DNA of 64,000 nucleotides from Octopus vulgaris (GCA_951406725.2 OX597823.1:69254001-69318000), one strand, 5' to 3'; shown: positions 26,993-39,910, numbered from the stretch's first letter. The notes: generated from the letters alone by a model not told the origin. Translations and numbers: made by a program.

Positions 26993-27361
26993 GAGTATAT
27001 ATATGTGTGTAGATACGTATACATGTGTGTATAGGTATAAGTGAGAATCTCCTTATTTACCTATAACTCTATCCCCCCTTTTTTTATATATATATATTTT
27101 TTTATATATATATTTTTTATATATATTTTTTATTTTTTTATTTTTTTATTTTTATTTTTTTATTTTTTTATTTTTTTATTTTTTTATTTTTTATTTTATT
27201 ATTTTTTTATTTATCTATTCTTTCATCTAACTTACCACTGACTCCCTGACCACTCCCCCAAGTATGATATTTTGCGCTATGCCTACCCCCAAAAAAGTCC
27301 CCCACCACCACTCCTTTAAACCTGCCTAAATGTATAAATGCTAATACAATTCTTGTTAAAT

Positions 27362-27413
27362 AGCTTCCTGAAGATTTCTCAATGAATGAAACAGTACTAG
27401 TCCTGTAGAAGCT
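27362..27413 (+). ncRNA. Type I hammerhead ribozyme motif
   Basis: agcttc-CTGAAGA-tttc tcaat gaat-GAAA-cagtactagtcctg-TA-gaagct: 6-bp stem I, near-palindromic stem III, GUA triplet (predicted cut after 27407). Confidence 0.85.
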
Positions 27414-27431
27414 CCTTCTATATAATAAATA

Positions 27432-27477
<46 letters not shown>

Positions 27478-28996
27478 CATATATATACATATACATGCAT
27501 GTACACATACATACATATTTACGTATATATACGTATACATAAACACACACATATATATATATACATATATGTGTATATGTTTTTATATATATATATACAC
27601 ACATATGTATGTATGTATACATATATTTATGTATATATATATATATAGGATCAGTAATCGATTAGTAACCGATTAGTAATCGTTGCAATTGAAACCCTAC
27701 AATAGAGCGATGCAGTTTCTTCAGGTCTTAACTTGATATCGCTCGGCATGGACGTTTAATGATTTTCTTTTATATATGAGCATCAGAGGGTATGCTTATA
27801 TGTATATGTTCATGTATTTGCATGCATTCGCGTCGCGTGTACATGATTACAAGGTACAGTTATTTCTCATTCAGTCTGATAAGGTTTCTCCCAAGGTTTT
27901 GCCGACAAAATTTTTTCCAATGAATTATGTATTTATAATTAGTATCATGTTACCATATATTCTACACCTGGCATACTAGATGCATAAAGTTTTTGACATT
28001 TAACTGGAGATATATTTCCAAAAGCTGTATTATGATAGCTTCAACATTTTCATTCAATATTCAGTATTTAGTTAATATTTAGAATGGTATTTTTAATGGA
28101 GCAGGCATTCTTGTTTCAGGTATTGGACTAAGCATGAATCTGTTATCATTGTACTGCAATAGTACAAGAAATGACATTCTCACAGCCTTTAAAACGAAGT
28201 TTTTGCAGTATTCGTTGTATACTTAGTTAAAATGATACTTCCTCGTTCTGCATTTTAAATCTTTTTTCTTTTTACCAATTAACAATTGTGTCAGTTTTCT
28301 TTAAGAATAGTCTGCTTTTAAGGAGACATTGCTAAGGAGCCATGCCTTTATTTCCTGATTGAGTGAAGAAAAGAGAAAATAGAATAGAAGAAAACAAAAT
28401 AAAATAAAATAAGATTGAATGAAACAGCTGCCAGAAAGTGAAAAAGAAACGAGAGCGATATTGCAAAACGAGACGTAAATAAAAAGACATGTAGAATAGA
28501 ATTGGAACGTAGACAGCGATTCACATTGAGATGATAGACGGAAAATCTGAAGTGTGGACAGAAGCAAATGTAATCCGACTCGAGCAAAGAGGTTAAGTAG
28601 CTGCATCTCTGATGAATGGAAGTAAATGTGTGAACATTTATAAGTTAATAAATGAGTTAATGCTGATACATACATTGCTGCGACAATTTTATTTACACTA
28701 CACTTATGTTACAATATCCATTTCTAACATAAATTCTCTGAAATAGAAAGAACCGACTTGGTTTCTGCTTAAATAAGACTGTCCACAAGTCTGTATATTC
28801 TTACGATGACGGGGAAAAATTCATCCAAAACCATGAATTTACCAGATCAAGACATGTAGAGAAAACGTTTACTTTGCAACCACACGGTTGCTGGTACGAT
28901 TCTACAGGCAAGAATTTCTCGATACAGAATTCCCAAATTAGTCAACTAATACATTGCCAGTGAAATCTGATAGACTAAAACTGTATGGAATCCCGT

Positions 28997-29077
<81 letters not shown>

Positions 29078-29363
29078 ATATACACACATATTTATGTTTG
29101 TATGTATGTGTGTGTATATGTATATATATATATATATTTCCTTATTTTATTCGAACACATAAGACAGCTATTATGCTTCCTCCACAAAAAACTACCACGT
29201 GGGTTTTGTTGAGACCACTAAGAAACAATTATTTCTGATAAGGTTCGTTTTTTCAAGAAGAACCGAAACATGTAAAATTTCTAAGAAAATTAAAATTTAA
29301 CTTATATAGTGGCGTTTTCAAACTTCTTTTTTATAAATATACACACACACACACAAACACACA

Positions 29364-29429
<66 letters not shown>

Positions 29430-30494
29430 CATATATACATGCATACGTGCATGCGTGATTTGTGTGTATGTGTTTATGTGTTTGTGCGTGTATTTGCACG
29501 CGTACATCTGTGAAAGCTGTAAAAAGTGAGATCACTGAAAAAGTAAAACAAACGGTGTTCTCGAAAGAAATTTCCTTCCAATGTTTGTTTTGTATCAAGC
29601 TGCATAGACGCTTCCTCAATCAGAAATGCAATGAATCGTCGATCGGTCAAATAGAAAAATATGATTCACGCCATATTTCTTCATTTGTGATATTAAAAAA
29701 AGTAAGTAAATAAATATGCGACGTTTTGTACTTCAGATGTAGTTGACATATGGCTCGTAACTTGACTTGTTGCTTAGGCCGCAGAACCTTAGATTTTGCG
29801 ATAGATATTGTACTACTAGTTGCAGTATTAATGGCTCATAACTTATACAAAAGCACCTATCAATAAACTGTTATCGGCTCTGTCATCATTACATGTTAAA
29901 ACCTCGATATTTCAAGGGTAGAATGTTTTATGCTAATCTACAGTTACTTCTATCTTAAATTCATGTCTACGACATACATACACATACGGAAGTAAGCATT
30001 GGAGAAACATCAATATACGTATGGATATGCGTTTGTGCTTCCTCGTATATAAGGATACACAGACAAACATGCACAAGACATATGCATATATCTGCTCCAT
30101 ATGCACTGATAATATAAATATATATAATTATATTTGACTATATCTTTGTATATGCGTCTATGTGTACATGCGTGTATGTGCTTCCGTATCAATTTCCACC
30201 GTAAACTACATCTTCTATTTTCTTACAATAATTCTAAACAAAGCAAAATGCAGTGTACCTGGTTCTATCTGCGGTTTTTATCATTATTTCTTGTTTCTTG
30301 AACTATTGATTTTGAACTTTACAGACGTACATGTATACATGCATATATACATGCATGGTTACATACATGCATGCATACGTACATGCATACACATGTATAC
30401 ATGATGGCAGTAACTCAATTTCGAATGCTGTCATTGCTTGATTGTCCGTTTCAGTACGTGCAACATGGATGTAGCTTTTCAGTTCTACTAGGGT

Positions 30495-30620
30495 GCGAAG
30501 GACTGGCGTCTCTGCGATGGACTGGCGTCCCGTTCAGCTGGGGAACACATACGCCATAGAAACCAGGAAACCGGGCCCATGAGCCTGGCTAGGCTTTAAA
30601 ATGACGCATTTATTTATTTT
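30495..30620 (+). mobile_element. SINE 3' fragment with V-domain-like motif
   Basis: ctgcgatggactggcgtcccgttcag...ccatagaaaccaggaaaccgggcccatgagcc, tail tttatttattttt. Confidence 0.6.
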
Positions 30621-30629
30621 TAGGGAGCT

Positions 30630-31045
30630 GCACACTTCAGCTCAGATGTGGCTACAATGGGAGTGTCTTCCAGTCGGTGTTAAAATAATATTTTGATATA
30701 TCTCCATATAACGTTTCAGTCCGCTTCGTGATGCACATTATTTTCCTTACACCTGTAAGTGCAGATGCTGTATAATGCATAGCTCACAACTTCCCAGTGT
30801 TCGTGGCTTCTCTGATGTTTTCTGATAACCTACATTACTTATAGAGACATGCCCGCACTTGTTACATGTTAAAATGTGCTGTGTACCAACATAGCTTCTT
30901 TCACATCAAGACCCTTACGAACACCTCTTTTGAAGTTTTCACGCTCGATAGGGTTTTGTTTAAATTCCCACATTTCATTATGCACTGTTTTCCTCCACTA
31001 CGCAATCTAGAGCGAGGTTTTCACATCCATTTTCCAAGAATTCGA
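30630..31045 (-). pseudogene. RTE LINE 3' fragment
   Basis: Reverse-strand frames give ENLALD../WRKTVHNEMWEFKQNPIERENFKRGVRKG and TCNKCG zinc finger, like 38480-38715. Confidence 0.6.
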
Positions 31046-31129
31046 TGCAATCGTTATACCTTAAGTTTAGTTTGTACACTGGATAACTCACTATACAAAC
31101 TTACATGCATATATACATATATACAAATA

Positions 31130-31410
31130 GATAGAAAGAGCTGTTTATATCATACTTGTGTTGAAGTTTACATCCCCATCATTTGCAGTTGTCCAAAACT
31201 ACCTGCAAGGTACCTTTCCATGAGACATGATACTGTCGTTGAAACCATTTACAATGTAATCCACAGGAAGAATTGTCTCGATGTCCATACGACATGCTCT
31301 CCAGAACCAGAACGTAACCGCACCCTTAAAAATAAATAATACTAGTGATACATGTCTATAAAAATAGTAACCCGTGTAAACACAACATTACGGATATAGT
31401 TCTAAATGAT
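31130..31410 (+). pseudogene. R4/Dong/R2-type (restriction-like endonuclease) LINE fragment
   Basis: CLYHTCVEVYIPIICSCPKLPARYLSMRHDTVVETIYN (decayed CCHC knuckle plus RHD), then CKHNITDIVL (HN.PD motif). Confidence 0.65.
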
Positions 31411-31425
31411 GGATATAATTCTAAA

Positions 31426-31645
31426 TGAGATCCATTCGCGGACCGAGCTCTGTTGTGTTCTAGAGCAAAACACTTTACACAAACACACACAGATTCTTGT
31501 GTGCGCGCGTGTGTATGTGTGTGTGTGTGTGTGTTTGTGTAAAATGTTTTGCTCTAGAACACAACACAGAGCTTGGTCCGCGAATGGATCTCACTACCCC
31601 ATGATTGTGAGCCAGATGCTCCAACCACTAAGACATGTCTCTTCA
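31426..31645 (-). mobile_element. SINE head (31530-31645, minus) with inverted local duplicate (31426-31491)
   Basis: tgagatccattcgcggaccgagctctg...tacacaaacacacaca mirrored at ~31526-31593. Confidence 0.75.
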
Positions 31646-31671
31646 CACACACATGTGTGTGTGTGTACATA

Positions 31672-31724
<53 letters not shown>

Positions 31725-31934
31725 CATGTATGTATATGTATATGAGAGGTATTGGTATCCAGAAGACCCAAGGTGACAGGTAACAGTATGTAAATGCTTT
31801 GGATGGACCGTAGTTAAACTCTCGGTTCGATAATGATACGAGTGAGAAGGCTAATGCGGGTCTTGTATGAGCATGTCTCATTTTATTTAACACACACACA
31901 CGCACACACACATATATATATATACATACACATA

Positions 31935-32121
31935 TAAGGTGTTCAAAAAGTCTCTCCGTTGTAAATTTTTCTCCAAATGAAGGACGACACTTTCAACACC
32001 TCTTATAAAAATTTTTTTAAGTCTTGTAAAATCTAATATATTTTTTGTAGCCCTATACCATCTTATAAAGTTTTATTTTGTAATAAGATACTTACTGCGG
32101 AGAGACTTTTTGAACACCATG
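31935..32121. mobile_element. Tc1/mariner-type MITE
   Basis: TIRs ggtgttcaaaaagtctctccg / cggagagactttttgaacacc, TA on both sides. Confidence 0.75.
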
Positions 32122-32879
32122 TATATAATGTTCGCATAGTCAAGCTCTTTCAATTACATAGCCATATTCTTTCAATCGTACAGATGTCTGTCTTTGAAGC
32201 TAAATACCTGTGTGTATATGTGTGTGAGTGTGAGTGTGTAAGTGTGTGCGTGTCTATACACACCTATGTAACTTTTCCCCACGAGTTATGGTTGTCTCCT
32301 GCTGTTTTTCTATACTCAATCGAAAGGAATAAATAAAAGAAACAAAAATATATAAATAAAAAAAAATTCAATGTGTTGTTCTGCATTCGATTTCTTTTTT
32401 TACTAACACGAACATTGATGGGTAGACTTTCCACTAATTAAATAGAATTCTAATAATTATATTATCTCTGCATCGATATACCTATCAAACTAGTTCATCT
32501 CTTAATCCAGGAATCTGACTATGATTGTCAGATTGATAAAAATGTACTCTTCTTGAAAAACATAAGACATTACTTTGTCTACTTGCACAATAATTTCTTT
32601 GTTTTGTAACTGTTGTTCTGAATCTTGTTAACTCAGCCTGATATCTAAAAGCCTCGATAATAAGTAATCTCCCTGTCTTTTATGTATGTCTGTCTCTCAC
32701 GTTCTCTCTTTCTCTCTCTCTACCACTGTTTCACTCTTTCCCTTGAGGGCCAAGAAGAAATTTGGAAGGAAGCCTAAGCTTTGAATAAATATAATAAAGT
32801 CTGTTACATGTAAGGAGTAATTCTCTTCTATTGTTTGTTCAAACGTGCGTCTGTACACACACTCACACACACATATGTA

Positions 32880-33003
<124 letters not shown>

Positions 33004-33169
33004 TAGTTGTATACATATTCATATACACACGTGAACACACAAACACATGGACATACACACGCACGTATATATTATTGTTGTTCAAATCGACCACTATTCC
33101 ACTAATGAAGTTTCACGCCGTAAGGCATATCAATGAAACACACTATCTTTGAAACACACTATCTATTTG

Positions 33170-33267
<98 letters not shown>

Positions 33268-33684
33268 TGTATGTATGCATGTATGTGTGTGTGTGTATGC
33301 ATATATATGTATGCATATGTATATGTCTGAATATATATATGTATATATATCTATATATATGATATATATAATATATTTATATCTATCTATCTATATATAT
33401 ATATATATATACTTTATTCGTCGGTTAGTGAGGCAACTAATGGTTTCATGTCAAGCAATCTTCACAATTGTCCAACCGTAACACGTAGAAGTGTTAGTAC
33501 GCGTCTCCAATTTAGATAAGGATATCAAGTTACACAAGATTGAGCATGATTTTGAAATAATTATAAAACTTATAAAATTATTTTCATTGTTACTTACCTT
33601 GAATTAGCCTTGGATTTTCGCAAGAAATTGCTTCTATGATAGATTAATTCCTTAAATATCTTATGCGGGAACGCTCATGCATGT

Positions 33685-33724
<40 letters not shown>

Positions 33725-33816
33725 TATAAATGAGGGTGAAAAATTTGATATTAATTTAATAATACCATCAATTTAACACCAAGTGGCTTAGCACATAAAA
33801 ACCAGGGATATAATAC

Positions 33817-34275
33817 AAATTTATACATAGATATGAGAGAGTAGACCACATACTGGTCACTCTCTCATATCTATGTATAAATTTAAAAAATAGATCCACT
33901 ATGGTATAGCCACTAAAAATTATTTCCAAGGAGAAATAACAGTAGTCTTATCATACTTTTGGCGGGGGAATTTGAACCATAGCTACTAATGCAATTGATC
34001 GAACCGCACGTGTATTTTGGCGCTGCGTCGAAATATAACGAGTGATTTAATAAATTGTATTTAAGACAAACTCCTGCTGATGATTTATGGATGTTGTGTA
34101 AGTAAAATTGCATTTACATTAATAATGAAACAATTGTTCAAGGTTAATCTATTTTTTCGTTATTTTTCACTTGCCGCACGTTAAATGTTGTGTTATTTCT
34201 CCTTGGAAACAATTTTTTAGTGGCTATACCATAGTGGATCTATTTTTAGCACTAGAGTAGACCACATAGTGGTCA

Positions 34276-34282
<7 letters not shown>
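33817..34282 (+). mobile_element. PLE-like element: inverted 5' segment (33886-33941 mirrors 34191-34247), internal hammerhead, 35-nt hairpin tail, (TA)n flank
   Basis: aaaaatagatccactatggtatagccactaaaaa..aggagaaataaca mirrored downstream; tail hairpin gagtagaccacatagtggtcactc; an extended copy of this hairpin lies at 33817-33884. Confidence 0.75.
34073..34143 (+). ncRNA. Type I hammerhead ribozyme motif
   Basis: cctg-CTGATGA-tttat ggatgt...acatt aataat-GAAA-caattg-TT-caagg; palindromic stem III acaattgt; GUU triplet; imperfect stem I. Confidence 0.7.
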
Positions 34283-34338
<56 letters not shown>

Positions 34339-36496
34339 TTATACACACATATAAAAAGTATAAAAGTACACACACACATACCCTTGCAATATGCATTTTG
34401 CTCACTTTTGAGTATGTGTTTATAATTACTTATGGGAATTCATAAATTCTTTTACGCTAAACTTTGTCTATGGTGTTGTAAGTTCATAAGTTCATATACA
34501 AATTATTTTTCTGTGAATTATATGATATCAAAAGTATGTACTATCCATGTAAATCTGTGTAGTGAGGGAATCCAGCTTAAGTTCATAGGAGTATGTCTTT
34601 TAGCTGTAGATTGATAAATTTTGCAAAGCAGCGAAATAGACATTATCAGCGAACCTATTGCAATTAACATTTTACACACATCAAAGCCTCCTCAAACCTA
34701 ACTCGATGGATGTGTAGCAATGCAACCATTGACTGGTTAAAGAAATTTGAAGATCAGCCCCAAAGTATTTTGCCCGGCGGGCAAACGATTCTGCCACTTC
34801 ACTGTTTTGGCCTGCCGAGTAGTGAGTTATATCTTATGCGACCCGCTTCTCGAAAAAGGTTGCCGATTCCTTTTCTCATTATCTCAGGTCTTCAGATATG
34901 ATATATATAATCGTTTTGATAAATATTGTCTCACCTTTAGAAATCTAGAAAAAATAATACAACAAAAGACAAATGCAGATAGGAAGAAGTGAAAAAGAGA
35001 CTATTATGCATGACGTTCTGAGAGAAGGAATAAAGTAATTTGATTCCATGACCAGTCTTTATTTAGCCTTTAGTAGCTGAAACTTTAACAACATTACACT
35101 TCTATCTGAAACTTGATGATGAAATTGCTTGGATATTTTCTCTGTTTAAATCACATATCGGAACAAAGAAACGTCAAGATAATCATTTTAATGAGTTATA
35201 ATATCTTGAAACATATTCATCAGTGACTACTTAATGTTTCTTCACTTGGCTTAATTTTTGGCAAATATCCATTTTCTTCTGTATCCATGTTTTAGCTTGG
35301 TTCATACAGTACCACATCATTCATTGTTCATCAGAACAATTTAATTGTTTTCAATAATTGTTATTGAGCTATTGAAATTCATTGAAATGTCCAGTTTAGT
35401 ACTCTACTGTCGAAAGTAAAACTTAAATTAACTTCAGACTCATGTACGCGATCTCACACACGCACATATGAATACATATACGAATGCACAGACATATCGT
35501 TGTACTTAAACACGCACAAGTTTATACAGTTTACATACAGACATTGACACGCAATCATACATACACATTGATTAAAACTTAAATATTTTCGTATAACTAC
35601 AAACAGTGAAGGCATGTTGCCTTGTGGTTAGAACGATCAGTTAGCATTCAATTCCTAGAGAGGACGGCGTGTTTTGTTCTTGAGTAAAGCAATTCGTTGC
35701 ACGTTGCAATGGCTACCGACCAGAGGGTAGTGCAGGCTGGTAGTGCATGCCTCTCTCTGGATACTGGGTGAATAAACTTATACCTATTAATTCACTAGAA
35801 GCGATAAATTACAGGACTCAATATACGTGTTGAGTATTCTTTAGTATATTATTATTAAATAGTTTGAGTTATTCGTTTCTGATCATCGACTGGTAATACT
35901 CGCAACAACATAGGTACTTATAACAATCGATTAACGAAACCATGAACTCTGCTTCCTACCAAACCACACATGCTTGCAAGTCAAGGCTGGTAGTAATGTA
36001 TTTACGGCTACACAGAACTATATTTCTCAACAGCAAATAGGAATATTCTTTAATAAATAATTGAATACATGTAATCACATATATACCAAATTATCACTCT
36101 AAGATATTATCTAAGGAAATATTTGCTGACATTTACACACTAACATTGAAATACATAACGCATATATAGGTGTGTGTGTGCGTGGGCGTGTGTGTGTGTT
36201 TGTGAGTGTGTGTGATATGTGTATGTATGTATGTATTTGTGTGTGCGTATACTTTGCCGGGGGGATCAAGAAGTCTACCAATGGTTTCATACAAAAAGAG
36301 ATTTTTACATTTGTTCAAGCTTACCTCAGTATTCTCATTCAAAAAGAAGACGACAACCAGCTTAAACAATTGTAAAATCTCCTCCTACGTGAAACGAATG
36401 GTAGCTTTGTTAACCGACATATAAAGAATTTATCCACCAGCGCAGTGTTGAGCACGCATTCTCACTGTTCGATATTAGCGTGTGTGTATGTATATG

Positions 36497-36539
<43 letters not shown>

Positions 36540-36625
36540 GCATTTACGTGTAAATATAAATATATACAACACACAAATGCATCCATACATAGATGCACAC
36601 ACAAATACATACACACCTATATATA

Positions 36626-37190
36626 ATCGACCAGACCATCAAATGTTATGCATCGCTGGTCACAAATGTGCTTCCAATCCTTTCTTGATTTGTGTCATTC
36701 TTTTCCATCTTTTCCCAATTCGTTTAACTAAATCATCTTCTCATCGACATGAAAGCCTTCCGAGGGGCATTATCCGATCTCTTGCATACCATTTGGAAAC
36801 TGCATGAGTCTAGCTGCTATCTGTGAACCTTGCAACACGTGAGGCCCAAATTATCTCATTTCAAATATGCTTTCGTAATGATTTTCCTATCATAGATCCT
36901 ACCATAGTCCATCCCAATTTGCTTGATAACCAATCTACGTTCTTCGCTCTTCGTTATAGCCCAAGTTTCACTTGCTAAAGAATGCTGGTAGGACAGTACT
37001 ATTGAAGTATTTGGAATGTATGGTCTTGTCTTGTTTTGATTTGAGTACGCCATTTATTAAGGAAAAATGTCTTTAATTCAGCTCTCCGAGGTCATAGCAT
37101 GCATGACTCTGCATATATTCACTGCGAGTCTGAATAGATATACTCTTTTATCTCATTGATTTCGTCAATTATCCCCACTTCCATTCGGTC
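36626..37190 (-). pseudogene. RTE-1-like LINE 3' fragment
   Basis: LASETWAITKSEERRLV; WASRVARFTDSS*THAVSKWYARDR..PLGR..R*EDD; 3' UTR ends in (TA)n. Confidence 0.75.
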
Positions 37191-37191
37191 T

Positions 37192-39031
37192 TATGGAGAT
37201 ACTATATAAACCGAAAGGTGGAAAGGATGTGTGTTATACTTATTGCAGCATCTGTCTGTTAGCTGTTGCTGGAAAGGTCTTTTGTCGGGTAGTACTGGAC
37301 AGATTGCTTCTGCACATTGCTGATGGGGTTCTACCAGAATCACAATGTGGGTTTAGGGATAGTAAGAATACGATGGATATATTTTTTAGCTAGACAGTTA
37401 CAAGAGTAGTGCATCGAACAGGATATTGATTTATATCAGGTTTTCATTGATCTAACGAAAGCGTTTGATTCTGTCAATAGACTTGCACTTTGAGAGATCC
37501 TGAAAAAGCTAGGAAGCCCTGAAAATTTGCAAGAATGCTTAGACAGTTTTATGGCAAGATGGATATGAGAGTTAATGTTGGAGGTACTTTATCAGATCCA
37601 ACTTCTGTAGTGTAGAAAATGGTGTAAATCAAGGTGATATTCCTGCTCCTACATTGTTTGCTATGTATTTTGCAATATTCTTTCAAATAGCTTTTGAAGA
37701 TTACACTGAAGAGGTCTATATCAGATAAAGGACAACGGGGAAACTGTTTAATCTCAAAAGACTCTGTGCTAAAAGGAAAGTTCTGCATTTTCACCTCATT
37801 GAGTTCCTGTATGCAGATGATTGTGACCTGTTGGCACATTCCCAGAAAGATATGCAGTGCATGCTGAATGCAATTTCTGCAGCATGTGCAGCATTGGGTC
37901 TAACGTACAATCTGAAAAACAAGCTGTTATAAAGTACCAGCCTGCTCCCTCCAATATGTATGTGGAAACTTTTATAACTGTTAATGGTCGAAGGCTGGAG
38001 ACTGTGTCTAGATTTATGTATTTAGGAAGTACATATAGAATCAGCAAGGCTAGTAGTGCTTTTTGTAGGTCTGTTGACACGATATATCTTCATAGATTAA
38101 AATTAAGGTATATAACAAGTGCATCCAGCCATCTTTGCTATATAGGAGTGAGGCATGGGTTATTTACCGTAGGCATGTAAGGCAACAGAAACGATACGAT
38201 CAATACGGTCTGAGAAAAATTTGTGCAATAAAGTTTTGGGGAAAAATTTGGAAAATGGCCATTAGTAATGTGGAGGTGCTTGAGAGGAGTGGTAGTAGAA
38301 GTATAGAGTCAATGATTCTGCAAAGACTTTGAGGTGGGGTGGCTGACATCTGGTAGGATGAGTGATGAGCGACTGCCAAAGCAGCTATTGTATGGTGAGC
38401 TGGAAGACGGCTGGAGACCAGCACTTAAGCTTAAACAAAGGTTTAAGGAATACCTTTAAAATGCTGTAACACAGACAGGAATTGCAGTTGGTAATTGGGA
38501 GAGGGAGGCACAAGACCGGCACGAAGAGAGGAAAACAGCATATAGTGGTTGTTTGGGGTTTGAGAGAGTGAGGGTGAAGTATGAGTGAATTAAGAGGGGA
38601 ATTAGAAGGAGGGAACCTGTGGAGAGTGAGTGGGTGTTGCTTTTTTGTGTGTGTGGTTTGTGGGAGGAAGTGTTTGAGTCGTGCAGTCCTGGTCAGCCAT
38701 CAAACATCTCACGGGAATTGACCCATGATAAACAGTGATATAGTTATTACAATTCACAACAGGACATGTATAAAATGTGGAAGGATGTGCTTCTCAGTTG
38801 GAGGTCTGAAAAGACACGTTAAGAGAGTGCATACGGTGGCACCTGTTACTCCTGCCAGCCAGCACAGCTATGGAGTATGTAATAAAATGTGTAAAACTTT
38901 GGCTGGGCTTAAAAGTCATATAAGAGCATCGCATAGCATAAGGAATCATTCCAATAAGGAATCATTTCAATAAAGCTTTTTGGTAATGACTTTTCTCGTG
39001 TAATGGGGTGCAGCTATGATGTATGTATGTA
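37192..39031 (+). pseudogene. 5'-truncated RTE-clade LINE (RT domain to 3' end) with C-terminal zinc fingers and (TATG)n tail
   Basis: LLAVAGKVFCRVVLDRL..LPESQCGFR; FIDLTKAFDSVNR; GVNQGDIPAPTLF; EFLYADDCDL (37801-37830); RLPKQLLYGEL; multiple stops and frameshifts. Confidence 0.92.
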
Positions 39032-39544
39032 TATTTATGGTAAGTAAAAACGTTCGAGTGAAGAAGTATTAACTTGCCTTCTTGCTATCTGAAGAGCCAA
39101 CATTCATTATAACTTTGTTACTTCACTGTTAATCGCGCGAGAAATGCTAATACTTCGTCGCTAGCTCACTCCAACTAAATTAAATAGATAAATATATATA
39201 CAATGGCCATTGAGTATTGTATAGAAACAGCCGAAGCAATGATTTGAAAAAGATTTTACGACTCTGCAATGGTGAACTCAGCTACTCTTAAAATCAATTT
39301 TGTAATTTTATTGTAGATAATTTGATCATGCATAGAGGCTTGTGATTGTCATTTTCATGGACTGTATTCAGTTGAGATATATGATACTGCTGGAATGATA
39401 GCCATTGATGATCAAATTCATACACAGCAGAAAGTTTGGTCGTTTTTATCATGAAACTACCTGGTTCGTTTGAAACAACATGATACTATAATTACCACTA
39501 ATAAATACTGTACAATATAACTACAATTGCAGGGGCATGTAAAC

Positions 39545-39910
39545 AAGGGCGATTTGACGTGGCCACTCAATCTACTAGATATTACATTCAAATTTGTTTC
39601 AAACTTCATCATGATACAAGCGAGGACATATTAGATAATGTAGTCCTAGACATTCATGTTTAAGGGTTATCTAGGAGTGCATTAGGGCGCTAAAAAATGA
39701 TAACCATCTGCTGAAAGCCTTTGCGTGTATGATCGATATTCTACAAGTAGCAACTAAATCTCTTTCCATTTTAGAAAGGAAATGTATGTTGGTTAATGTG
39801 ATATTCTGGATTCACTGTTGATAGAAACATAGGAGATTGCTACGGTTGGAAAGTTTTTGAATTCAGGTCTGTTCAGAAAGGGTACACCTGAAGCTAAACA
39901 TGAACTACGA
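39545..39910 (+). repeat. Degenerate copies of a dispersed repeat (ctagaaatagcagccaaatct-like motif...gataatgtagtcctaga...gctaaaca); related pieces at ~40065, ~47460, ~48140-48290, ~52905-53120
   Basis: Recurring motifs read by eye; divergent. Confidence 0.45.

Larger units (their letters stand above)
24033..27430. mobile_element. ~3.4-kb ORF-less PLE-like element forming a palindrome (arms 24103-25697 / 25832-27430) with a hammerhead near each outer end
   Basis: Arms are reverse complements, including unique islands (24103-24310 vs ~27220-27430; ~25055-25380 vs ~26145-26470); mirrored ORFs 25150-25359 (+) and 26166-26375 (-) are identical; an extra ~70-nt tail is on the left only; both ends lie in (TA)n. 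Confidence 0.8.

Noticed and set aside
33095-33160. ctaatgaag...gaaac near a microsatellite
   Set aside because: Core mutated and no stem I/III pairing
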